DNA from: an uncultured virus (IMG/VR IMGVR_UViG_3300028797_000120) | Lineage: Duplodnaviria > Heunggongvirae > Uroviricota > Caudoviricetes | IMG/VR virus record: IMGVR_UViG_3300028797_000120 | Location: 1 to 64,000 of that record | Reading direction: 5' to 3' (one strand) | DNA length: 64,000 bases | In this document: positions 9,312 to 17,843 of the stretch, piece by piece | Layout: every line of letters begins with the position of its first letter | How positions within the stretch are numbered: position 1 is the stretch's first letter | Program-made: the position numbers and the translations under genes | The notes under the pieces: generated by a model | Told to the model about the DNA's origin: nothing | Databases searched by the model: none | Seen by the model: only the letters and a program-made list of their open reading frames with translations

Positions 9312-10382
9312 CTATTGATCCCCCAGAAGTTCTATTGCTCTATTGAGGTTATCCACACCGCCGCTGTTCATGTTAGCCAATACGGACAGTAACCCGCCGG
9401 CGAGTGCCGACGCTCCTCCTGCAGCAGCGGGCGTCCTGCTTGCCCTGTACCTATGATCGGATCCTTTTATCTTTACTACTCCTTTTGGCTGAGCTCCCGG
9501 TTCTTTGCTAGCAGTCAATGCTTTGTAATTACTGGCTGCTTCTGCAGCATTGACACCTCTACGAGCATCTGAAACAGCTTTGTTTTTACCTCCTGGATTT
9601 GTGAAGGTATTTGCTTTCGCATTGCTCACTTCACCCAAACCAACCTTCGAATTCGCAAATGCCAAATTAGCGTCAGTAACGTTTTTAGCATCTCTCAGAA
9701 AATCTGACCATTTCGCATTATAATCCCTTGCGCTAAGCAAGTTACCAATGTATTTTCCGAGCCCCCAAGCTCCTCCTGCATAAAACGGAATACTAGCCAA
9801 ATTTTCGACTGTACCAGCGAGGTTCCCCTCCGAAGCCAACCCTTCTAACGTTCCTTTCGGATCCGCTCCCGTGGCCGCCCTTCTCGCCTCTGCGTAATTA
9901 GTATCACGGCCTTTGCGAATACCGCTGATAAGATCGAGCACTTCGCTGGTATCCGCGGCTTTCTTCTTAAGCATGTCACCGAGGGCATAACCACCGTAAA
10001 TTCCAAGTCCAGCCGCGCCTAGTGGAAGGATCTTGGAAAGTGCGCGCCTCCACGCCGGCTTCCTTTTCCCGTTTTCGTCATTATCTCCACCGGCGAGCTC
10101 AGAGGCAACCGAATGAGACAGAAGCCCACCACCAGCCATAAGGGCCAGCGTTGTCCAGTCGAGATCTTTCACGGACGGGGCGGGACTCTCCGCCTCCCCA
10201 TCTAGACCATTGGCCGCGGCGTTACTGATCTGCTCTTTAACTTTCTCCAGTTTCCTCTCGGCCCTCCTGCTGTCCACGGGAACGAGAAAATCGTACCATG
10301 ACCTAGGAAGAACGGACTTCACAACATTCATATCATCACCATTCTTTCTCTGACTTCTATCAGTAGAGTGTTCCAGCATCAA
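9312..10382 (-). CDS. Hypothetical multi-segment membrane-like virion protein
   Basis: Several Gly/Ala/Leu hydrophobic stretches; KKKAA motif precedes a lower-GC C-terminal module; start uncertain. Confidence 0.65.
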   Translation of the reverse strand: MMLEHSTDRSQRKNGDDMNVVKSVLPRSWYDFLVPVDSRRAERKLEKVKEQISNAAANGLDGEAESPAPSVKDLDWTTLALMAGGGLLSHSVASELAGGDNDENGKRKPAWRRALSKILPLGAAGLGIYGGYALGDMLKKKAADTSEVLDLISGIRKGRDTNYAEARRAATGADPKGTLEGLASEGNLAGTVENLASIPFYAGGAWGLGKYIGNLLSARDYNAKWSDFLRDAKNVTDANLAFANSKVGLGEVSNAKANTFTNPGGKNKAVSDARRGVNAAEAASNYKALTASKEPGAQPKGVVKIKGSDHRYRASRTPAAAGGASALAGGLLSVLANMNSGGVDNLNRAIELLGDQ

Positions 10383-10801
10383 ATCTCAACAACCTCTTCC
10401 GTCGGGATCTGCGCCGTGAAGCTGGCGCGGAGATCATCAACGGCGCCCTCGATCCGTCCAATGACGATCTCCTTCCACTCGTTCCCGACGGCCCTCGCCT
10501 CTCCTACGGAAGAGTAGTCCCTAGAGTCGAAGCTACGCATGTACGGGAAGCCATGCAGGACCCTGACATACTCGTCGCCGAAAGTGACCGTCTTCTCCGG
10601 ATCCACGGAGGCCGACCTTGCCGACGCGCCCTGTGACTTAATCGTGGTGTCCGAGTACGTGTAGGTGACGTCTCCACCGACGTTGATCTCCGGCTCGCCG
10701 TACTGGACCATCAGCTCAAGGTCTCTCTCGCTCCAGTCCTCTGTGTTGATCAGAACCCTGAAGACCGAATCGTCCATTGAAAGAAAAACGCGAATCTTCA
10801 C
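10379..10801 (-). CDS. Hypothetical protein
   Basis: 140-aa ORF, GGAGG RBS, GTG start, tightly packed between neighbours. Confidence 0.65.
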   Translation of the reverse strand: MKIRVFLSMDDSVFRVLINTEDWSERDLELMVQYGEPEINVGGDVTYTYSDTTIKSQGASARSASVDPEKTVTFGDEYVRVLHGFPYMRSFDSRDYSSVGEARAVGNEWKEIVIGRIEGAVDDLRASFTAQIPTEEVVEI

Positions 10802-10809
10802 GGAACCTC

Positions 10810-12282
10810 CTAGAGATAGTTGGAATCCTTGATCGAGCTGTCCAGCCTCGTAAGGTCCTCGACGTTCGACATCCTTATCCCCTTGTCCACGTCAGTCATG
10901 ACCTTCATGTCCGCAGGAGACACGGCGACCGAGTTCACCGCGGACCTGAGGACGGACCTCACCATGGCCTTGTCAAGGGATATGCGGGGGGACGACATGA
11001 CGATCGACTTGTACACCTCCGCTACGACGTTCGGATCGGCGTCACGGATGATGGGGTCGTTTGCCATCAGGTCGTCAAGCAGCATCGACCTCCTGACGTT
11101 GAGAAGCATCTCGTCCTCACCCGACAGCTTGCCGTTGTCCGAAAGCGCCTTAAGCGCCGGGCTGAAGCTCACGGTCGGCAATATGTTCGCTATCGGGGCG
11201 GCGTCCTTCTCGATTTCCGTACCGGTCCCGTCTGAGGTGAGGGAACCATCCGCCATCTCACTGATGACAGACGCCAGTTTATCGCTCAGACGGCTGTCCG
11301 CGATGGTGTCCCATCCCGTACCGTTTGACGATCCTGAAACGTCTCCTTCAGGCTTGCCGTCAGGGGCATCCATGCCAGACGCTACCGGTTCGGCAGGGTC
11401 GAAAAAATCCGAAAGCGAAGACCCTCCTGCGTTATCATCCGGAAGTCCTGTGACGGAGGACTCAGCCTCCTCCGCTTTCTTGATGTAGAACGCCTCCTTG
11501 CCCCTGAACTCGGATGCCATGCCGAGAATGGTGTCGACCTCCTCGGCCATCTTGAGCAGGTCTTCCACGGGGGACGCGTCAAACACGGCGGACGACGCGA
11601 ACGCACCTCCGTCGGACGACGCGACGGACCCGCATACAGAGGAAACGAGTGAAAGGGCTTTGCCCGCCGTACAGGCCGATTTGAACATGGCGGCCGTTGT
11701 TTCCGGATCTTTGGACATCTCGATCGCCTCGGCGATCTTAACGGCCCGTTCGCGCGCGGCGATGTCCATCTCCCTGGAGAGACTTCCCGCCATCTCGCCG
11801 GCGGACTTCAGGAGATCGATGTCCCCGAAAATCATCTTCAGCACGCTCGCGCTCGACATTCCGGACGTTCCGTCATCATCCTCCCTTGACGAGGCCTCCT
11901 TCACGGCGGAACTGAATCCGGCATCCATGGCCTCCATCGTGGCGTTCGTTTTCGAAGGCGGATTCGCGTAGAAAGAGTAATCGCATACGTTTCCGGTTTC
12001 TGACGAAGCGGCCTTTTTGAGCCCGCCGTCCGACGCGCCGTCAAGGAGGATCTTGGCTACAGCCTCCTTGCTCGCCAGCTCGCAGGCCCCTGTCGGGTCG
12101 TTCTTGTCGCGCTCCTTGCTGATCGCGGCGAGCGTGTTGAACATCTCGACCAGACGGTCGGTCTGGTTACCGTTGAAATCGGCAGCCGACGCGGCCTTGG
12201 CAACCGCGTCGTTCGCGCCCATCCCGCCGTTGTAGTCCGCGGCAGCGGATTTCACGGCCTCCATCAGCTTTTCTTTAATCAT
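10810..12282 (-). CDS. Putative internal head/core protein
   Basis: 490 aa, AAGGAG RBS, GGTATAAT upstream, helical, very dense K-x-A motifs. Confidence 0.7.
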   Translation of the reverse strand: MIKEKLMEAVKSAAADYNGGMGANDAVAKAASAADFNGNQTDRLVEMFNTLAAISKERDKNDPTGACELASKEAVAKILLDGASDGGLKKAASSETGNVCDYSFYANPPSKTNATMEAMDAGFSSAVKEASSREDDDGTSGMSSASVLKMIFGDIDLLKSAGEMAGSLSREMDIAARERAVKIAEAIEMSKDPETTAAMFKSACTAGKALSLVSSVCGSVASSDGGAFASSAVFDASPVEDLLKMAEEVDTILGMASEFRGKEAFYIKKAEEAESSVTGLPDDNAGGSSLSDFFDPAEPVASGMDAPDGKPEGDVSGSSNGTGWDTIADSRLSDKLASVISEMADGSLTSDGTGTEIEKDAAPIANILPTVSFSPALKALSDNGKLSGEDEMLLNVRRSMLLDDLMANDPIIRDADPNVVAEVYKSIVMSSPRISLDKAMVRSVLRSAVNSVAVSPADMKVMTDVDKGIRMSNVEDLTRLDSSIKDSNYL

Positions 12283-12311
12283 GGGACAAAAGTCTCCTTA
12301 GTCATGTCATG

Positions 12312-12322
12312 ATTATACCGAA
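12312..12322 (-). promoter_or_regulatory. -10 element TTCGGTATAAT
   Basis: Intergenic, upstream of the RBS and ATG at 12282. Confidence 0.6.
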
Positions 12323-12337
12323 TAAAACGTGTAGAGT

Positions 12338-13579
12338 CTAACCGCCAATCTCGAGCCGGGACAGGTAATCGTCCAGCGCTTTCATTTTCTCTTTTCTTAT
12401 GCCATCTGCCTTCGGAAAATCCTTGTGGATTGACTTAACCATCTCAGACGCCATTTCGCGGCTCCACGGCTTTCCAAGGATCTCGTCGTACATCCTGTTC
12501 TTCGCATACGTGTCCCATATCACCTTGTCTTCATCGTTAAGCACGCCTTTCATTCTCTTGAGTAACTCCATACCCTCGTATTCCTTGGGCCTGATTTCCT
12601 CGCCTTCCATTATTTTCCCAAGAACCCTGTCTATCTTGTACCTTAACTCTGCCCTTTTTCTGTCGACCCTGTTTCCCTGAGCCCCGATTTCCGCGGCTGC
12701 GGTCTGGAGAGGGGCAACCATATACAACGGGAACTTAGCCGCTTCGGTCACAGCGGACCGGACACCTTTCCTTATACCATTCTCCAAGCCTTCGGATCTC
12801 GCCGACTTCCCTCCTTCTGACAGTCCAATTCCGGCAACGAAAGCTGGCAACGCGTACTTCCCTCCGAGGAAGAAGCTCGGGAACGCGTATCCGTTAAGAG
12901 CGGATCCCGCTATCTCTCCCGAGTTTCCTCCCTTGAGGTACGTTCCTATACCCTCCTTCGCGCCCATGGAAACGCCTATAGGTGTCTTGAGCTTACTGAG
13001 GGCGCCGAACGCCTTACCAAATCCTGACGCCACAGCGCTGCCTCCGGGAATCTTTGATGCGACACTTCTCATGGCGCCAGACACACCCCTCGCCATGGGA
13101 ACAATGCCGAGCCTTTTGAGGAGGACGGCCGCTGAGTTTGCCCCGACCATACCTGCTGTCGCCTCAGGGAGATAGGATCCGGCCGCCATTACCTTCTCAA
13201 GCGGGGTCCCCTTCTCGAATGCGTATTCCCTTCCAGCATCCAAGGCCGACTGAAGGCTAGGGTTTCCGAGCGCCCCGTACCATCCCCTGTATGCCATGTC
13301 AGGGTTTGCGCCGTTGACAGACCCGGAACCTCCGTTCCATTTGCCCTTTCCGGATGTCATGACGGACTTCTGTTCTCCGCCAGGAGCGACATTTTTCCAC
13401 GCCCTTATCTGCGGTACCGGTCTTCCTGAACTATCAAGCATGTGTCCGGAAGGCGATCTCGCGTCCCTGTTGTAGCCATGGTATCCCTCAAGCCACTCCG
13501 CCGGCCTCATCTGCGCTGTCTTCAACATGTCTACCCACGACGTCTTTCCTTCCATCGCCATACTGAACCCTCCTGACAT
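12338..13579 (-). CDS. Hypothetical virion protein with Gly-rich hydrophobic core
   Basis: 413-aa ORF; N-terminal WVDMLKTAQ leader. Confidence 0.65.
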   Translation of the reverse strand: MSGGFSMAMEGKTSWVDMLKTAQMRPAEWLEGYHGYNRDARSPSGHMLDSSGRPVPQIRAWKNVAPGGEQKSVMTSGKGKWNGGSGSVNGANPDMAYRGWYGALGNPSLQSALDAGREYAFEKGTPLEKVMAAGSYLPEATAGMVGANSAAVLLKRLGIVPMARGVSGAMRSVASKIPGGSAVASGFGKAFGALSKLKTPIGVSMGAKEGIGTYLKGGNSGEIAGSALNGYAFPSFFLGGKYALPAFVAGIGLSEGGKSARSEGLENGIRKGVRSAVTEAAKFPLYMVAPLQTAAAEIGAQGNRVDRKRAELRYKIDRVLGKIMEGEEIRPKEYEGMELLKRMKGVLNDEDKVIWDTYAKNRMYDEILGKPWSREMASEMVKSIHKDFPKADGIRKEKMKALDDYLSRLEIGG

Positions 13580-13596
13580 TTATGTTCATCAATGAA

Positions 13597-15243
13597 TCAG
13601 TTCTTTCTCCTTGCCCTGTCAGCCTGTCCTCCTGCGTCTTTTGCAGCTTGGCTAATCATCCCGCCGGAAAGATCATCAAGCCGAGACACAATGTCTGGAT
13701 GTTTCTCAATAAACGGGACGAAGTCTCTCCACCCCTTTTCAATCGACGGGAAAAGTCCGATTGTCTTACTGTTGAACCCTATGTCCCCAAGAGCTGTTTT
13801 AGGCATAAAAACGTATGGCCCGACGTTGTCAAAAAACCTTAGAAGCTCGTCGTAATGTCTCTTCATGGACTCTTCTGTATGGTATGCGCCGGTTCTCCTT
13901 ATGTCTGCGACAACCTTCTTGAGAGCATTAGACCCCTCCAGAGTGGGCGCTGACGCCGAGTAGTCCCAGAAAGGCCTCTTGATCCCGTACCCTTTCATGT
14001 CTGACACGTCTCCGAAACCACCGTTTATGTACGCCGACAGGACATTCCTTGAGGCAGGATACCTTGCGGATGTCCACTTTATCGCATCCATGACAGCGCG
14101 GTCGAGACCGTTTGTCTCTACAGCATCTTTCTGTTCGGCAGACCATCCTTTTCGTTTCGCGTACAAACCCATGACTCCCGGCATGGCGTATGCGAGATTT
14201 CCAATGTAAGCCGATTCTCCTTCCGGCCGCCGATATCCGCTGTCTGGCAACATCCCGGCGGCAAGATATGTCAGTGGGGCAACCCTTACGTCCTCCTTAA
14301 TGCCGTAGACCCCGGGGTTTTCCCCATTAGACGGAACGACTTGAGGCTCTATGGCCGAGACTGCACGCTCGATTGGTCCGACCCTAGGCTTATAAATAAA
14401 AAGCTCCTCGTCATCAGGGTCCGCGAACGCATTCTCCCAAAGGTACACGTTTTTTGGCCTAGGGATATAACCTGTTCCTACTCCTTTTTCCTGGTTCTTC
14501 CGTACGAGCTCCCTAAATGATTCATTGAACGCACGATAATCATTTTTCGTTTTAGCCGTTGCTGCCCTATCGAACAGCGCGACCTCGGGGATTGCGGCCC
14601 TTGCGAGACGAGGATGAAGCGCATCAGGAGTTAAGGTTTCCGCAATCCACTTTCCGAAATCAGCTTTTTTGAGCATCCTCCTTTTCTTCTTCTTCTCCCT
14701 GAGAGCCCTTACCTTTTCCGCTATAACAAACGAGAGCGCTATGGCGCCAGCGACAGATCCTGCTATCTGCGCACCATTACGGACAAGATCCATCCATCGC
14801 GGAACCTGATTTTCTCCTGGAACTTTTGATAATGTCCTATTCCTCCGTCTCCTTCCTCTTCGACTTTTAGATGATCTGGATTTTTCACGTAAAGATTTTT
14901 CGATTTCCGATCCAGAACCGGGAGAAGGGTCAGAAGTGGGAGAAGGGTCAGAACTGGATGATGTCCCAGAAGGGGCTAGAGTGGCAGAAGAGTCTTCTGT
15001 CCCTACGTAAGTGGCCCACCTACCCATTTCTTTAATATCCTTATCCGAGTATACGTCCTGTTTTCGCGAATTGAACGATCTTTCAGCAAAAGATCTCACT
15101 ATTGGAGCGCCCCATTCGTCCCAATCATTTATCCTTTTTCTATCATAAGGCGTACTTCCTGCTATTAACACTTTTAGAGGATCGGGAAGTCGGCTGAAAT
15201 CGATTCGTCCTTCTCTCAATGCATTTTCAAGCGTTTTATCCAT
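13597..15243 (-). CDS. Hypothetical modular virion protein (Ser/Pro linker, basic patch, TM segment, KKA, C-terminal domain)
   Basis: 548-aa ORF, lower GC than flanks, SDPSP repeats, IAGSVAGAIALSFVIA hydrophobic helix. Confidence 0.65.
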   Translation of the reverse strand: MDKTLENALREGRIDFSRLPDPLKVLIAGSTPYDRKRINDWDEWGAPIVRSFAERSFNSRKQDVYSDKDIKEMGRWATYVGTEDSSATLAPSGTSSSSDPSPTSDPSPGSGSEIEKSLREKSRSSKSRRGRRRRNRTLSKVPGENQVPRWMDLVRNGAQIAGSVAGAIALSFVIAEKVRALREKKKKRRMLKKADFGKWIAETLTPDALHPRLARAAIPEVALFDRAATAKTKNDYRAFNESFRELVRKNQEKGVGTGYIPRPKNVYLWENAFADPDDEELFIYKPRVGPIERAVSAIEPQVVPSNGENPGVYGIKEDVRVAPLTYLAAGMLPDSGYRRPEGESAYIGNLAYAMPGVMGLYAKRKGWSAEQKDAVETNGLDRAVMDAIKWTSARYPASRNVLSAYINGGFGDVSDMKGYGIKRPFWDYSASAPTLEGSNALKKVVADIRRTGAYHTEESMKRHYDELLRFFDNVGPYVFMPKTALGDIGFNSKTIGLFPSIEKGWRDFVPFIEKHPDIVSRLDDLSGGMISQAAKDAGGQADRARRKN

Positions 15244-15260
15244 ACAAACCCACCTTCACT

Positions 15261-15590
15261 TCATTTTCGATCTATCGGGTATAGAACCGTGTCGGCAACC
15301 GCCTCCAGGCACGTGTCCGCAGCCGGTATAACGGAGACAGGCACCGACAATACATTATACCATGAAAACCTGAATACGCCGTCCGTCGCCATCATCTGCG
15401 GGAACGCCGTAACGGCCGTCCACGACGCCATCTCCCTCGTGGACTGGTAGGGCCTCTCTATCCTCGCGTCCGTCCACGGGCATCGGTTGTAGACGTTCAT
15501 GCAGCCGGACGATATCGCAAGGACGGCCGCCAAAAGCGCCGGTATTACGATGCGGGCAGGGATAAGAACACATTTTGTCGCATAGTCCAT
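15261..15590 (-). CDS. YceK/YidQ (DUF1375)-like lipoprotein
   Basis: Likely start MDYATK at 15590; hydrophobic signal ending ISSG-C; PYQST and DTCLEAVADTVLYPID resemble the YceK/YidQ pattern. Confidence 0.55.
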   Translation of the reverse strand: MDYATKCVLIPARIVIPALLAAVLAISSGCMNVYNRCPWTDARIERPYQSTREMASWTAVTAFPQMMATDGVFRFSWYNVLSVPVSVIPAADTCLEAVADTVLYPIDRK

Positions 15591-15604
15591 CAAGCTCGCC
15601 ACAA

Positions 15605-17707
15605 CTACACCCCCTTTATCTCGACAGGGTCGTTCGGGCCGATCTCGCCGCCCCTGTACGCCCTGATCGCGTCCGCCTTCGTCTCGAACACCCTGACCGG
15701 ACGCTTCGTCCTGCCCCTCGTAAGCGCCCACAGCCCGGATATCTGCTCCTTCTCGGGCTTGTACCTGACGGACTTCATGTCCGTAAGGCTGATGAGGTTC
15801 TCGGACGGGAGCATCTTCTCAAGGGACTGCTTTGCGGCCTTGTCGCTCGCCGGCACGTGGATGTTCACCGTGTTGCTGAGAACGACGCCGTCGTCTGAAA
15901 TGAACGTGTCGGGGCCTGGCACAGTAAGATCATACCCGATTTCCTCCTTGCCCGTCTTCTCGACGGACTTGATCTTGAGCCACGAAACCTTATATGACGC
16001 CGTCTCCGAAAGGGCCTTCATCTCGGCGCAATCCCTGAGTTCGGTGTCCGGGCTTCCGTACAGGGAAAACAGAGCCTTTATGTCCCCCAATTGTGACCAT
16101 GTAAGGAATCCCTTCTTCCTCGCGATGTATATGTCGTTAACCGATTTCCTCACATCGGAGGACCATGTCGGAGCGATCCTTGGCTTCGAGGCGTTCCACC
16201 CGTCCGAGAGGGCTTTCAGCTCGTCGCCGCTCACGCTGACCTTCCACGACCTCCTGCTTCCGCCCGCGTCCTTCTCGAGCATCCCGGAGAACCTCGACTC
16301 GATATCAGCAAGCACGGACAATCCATTATCCCTTGCGATTGTGTTCTTTTCGGCCATCTCGTTCCCAATGGCCTCGATATCGCGGACGGTATTCCTGGTT
16401 ATCGTTCCGATACACGCGCGATTCCTCACGTTCATGGCGACACTATTCACTTTTCTTCTCATCGCCATCTCGTCTTCTCCTGCGGATCCCTCGTCAGAAC
16501 CCGAAACCTCGAAAGTCGGTATCAGACGCGATATCTTTTCCGCTATTCCGCGAGGGAACGGGATCACATCGTTCCTGACGTAGGTTGAGCGCGTGTCAAC
16601 ATGGGAAGAGACGAAAATGTCCCTCTTTCTCGAATGGCAGCACATCGAGAGGAGATCCACGCGCTTCGCGTCAACTGTGCTTACTGAGCATATCCAAGAG
16701 TCGTTCCCTCCGGACGTGCGCTTGCTGTAGGAAATAGAAGACCCGACCCCGAGGAGCTGGCAGCACCTCCTGAACTCCCTGACGAGACGGATGGATGTGC
16801 TTGAGAACGATATCAGGAGCTGGGGCTTCTCTTTGCTGTGGCTCAGGCATACCGTCCCGTCCGTAGCGATAAGCCCGTTAACGAGACCAAGGATAAACTC
16901 CCTTCCAGCGAACTGGAACCAGACCGGAAGCCTCTTATTGGCTGACCCGGACGTTTTCTCGTCCCCATGCCCGTCGATGAGCTCCTTGATCCGTCCTCCG
17001 AGAATACTTCGTCTACCGGAGTTCAGCCTGTAAGCGGTCGTGTCCCCGTACCTACCGGACTCATCGCAGAACCTGTGCTCGATCTTCGATATCGTGAAGT
17101 CCGGGAAAACGGTCTTCAGGAAGTCTGATACGAAGGCGATGTTATATCCATCGTTGTCCGAGAGATATGGGTTTAGGCACCTGTCCGCCCATCCGTCTCC
17201 AGCCATGATTCCGACGAACTGTCCGAAACCGAACCCGATTTCAGTACACAGCCCTGACTTTTCCAGCTTGATCATCCCATCCTGAAAATCAAACGACAGG
17301 CCATCAACAGAGGAGGCTAGAGGACAGTCCGATACGGGGACGAGAACATTCTTGTCCATCGCATCGGACGGCGTGAACCTCCCCGGAGTCATTGAGTCTC
17401 CGTTGGCCGCGATGCCGTAGACTGCCCTCGGGTCGTTGTCCGTGATGATCTGCCTTCCGTCCTCAAGGTTTACGATCTCAACCTTCTTCCCCCGATGCAC
17501 GGACCAGAATTTGACATCCCTGAACTCGGGGAGACCGGTCTTCTCGTTGTATGAGGAAACCCTCACGCCTTCCGGGACATCGTAGAACTCAATGTCGTAT
17601 CCGGAATCCTTCCTCACTGACGAGAGCCCGCCATGGGGGAAGTCCTCGAGATCAACGACAACCGGGACACCTTCCATCTCAGCCACCACGCTCTTTTTGA
17701 TCTGCAT
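15605..17707 (-). CDS. C-terminal split-intein half with LAGLIDADG homing endonuclease, fused to an 88-aa RNA polymerase beta' C-extein
   Basis: FVGIMAGDGW and LVNGLIATDGTV endonuclease motifs; ends GYDLTVPGPDTFISDDGVVLSN|TVNIHVPAS..MLPSENL, where TVNIHVP aligns with the QMAVHVP that follows NADFDGD in RpoC; own AAGGAG RBS. Confidence 0.85.
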   Translation of the reverse strand: MQIKKSVVAEMEGVPVVVDLEDFPHGGLSSVRKDSGYDIEFYDVPEGVRVSSYNEKTGLPEFRDVKFWSVHRGKKVEIVNLEDGRQIITDNDPRAVYGIAANGDSMTPGRFTPSDAMDKNVLVPVSDCPLASSVDGLSFDFQDGMIKLEKSGLCTEIGFGFGQFVGIMAGDGWADRCLNPYLSDNDGYNIAFVSDFLKTVFPDFTISKIEHRFCDESGRYGDTTAYRLNSGRRSILGGRIKELIDGHGDEKTSGSANKRLPVWFQFAGREFILGLVNGLIATDGTVCLSHSKEKPQLLISFSSTSIRLVREFRRCCQLLGVGSSISYSKRTSGGNDSWICSVSTVDAKRVDLLSMCCHSRKRDIFVSSHVDTRSTYVRNDVIPFPRGIAEKISRLIPTFEVSGSDEGSAGEDEMAMRRKVNSVAMNVRNRACIGTITRNTVRDIEAIGNEMAEKNTIARDNGLSVLADIESRFSGMLEKDAGGSRRSWKVSVSGDELKALSDGWNASKPRIAPTWSSDVRKSVNDIYIARKKGFLTWSQLGDIKALFSLYGSPDTELRDCAEMKALSETASYKVSWLKIKSVEKTGKEEIGYDLTVPGPDTFISDDGVVLSNTVNIHVPASDKAAKQSLEKMLPSENLISLTDMKSVRYKPEKEQISGLWALTRGRTKRPVRVFETKADAIRAYRGGEIGPNDPVEIKGV

Positions 17708-17843
17708 CTCCTAAACTCCTTTTCTGATTGGATGCGTGATAATTTATCAAAAACTTAAGATTGATGCAACCAATATCTTTGCTACTCAAAAAGTCGTCAA
17801 GAGCCTTGCCAGTAAGGCTGACGCGAACGCTTCCAATCTGCTG
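15872..17843 (-). mobile_element. Intein 2 (apparently split: IntN 17682-17843, IntC 15872-17707) inserted directly after the catalytic NADFDGD
   Basis: Extein continuity NADFDGD|TVNIHVP; IntN begins QQIGSVRV; IntC ends SN before Thr+1. Confidence 0.85.

Noticed and set aside
15261..15590. Host assignment from the YceK-like lipoprotein and GC content
   Set aside because: Suggests a diderm host at most; not enough for a taxonomic call
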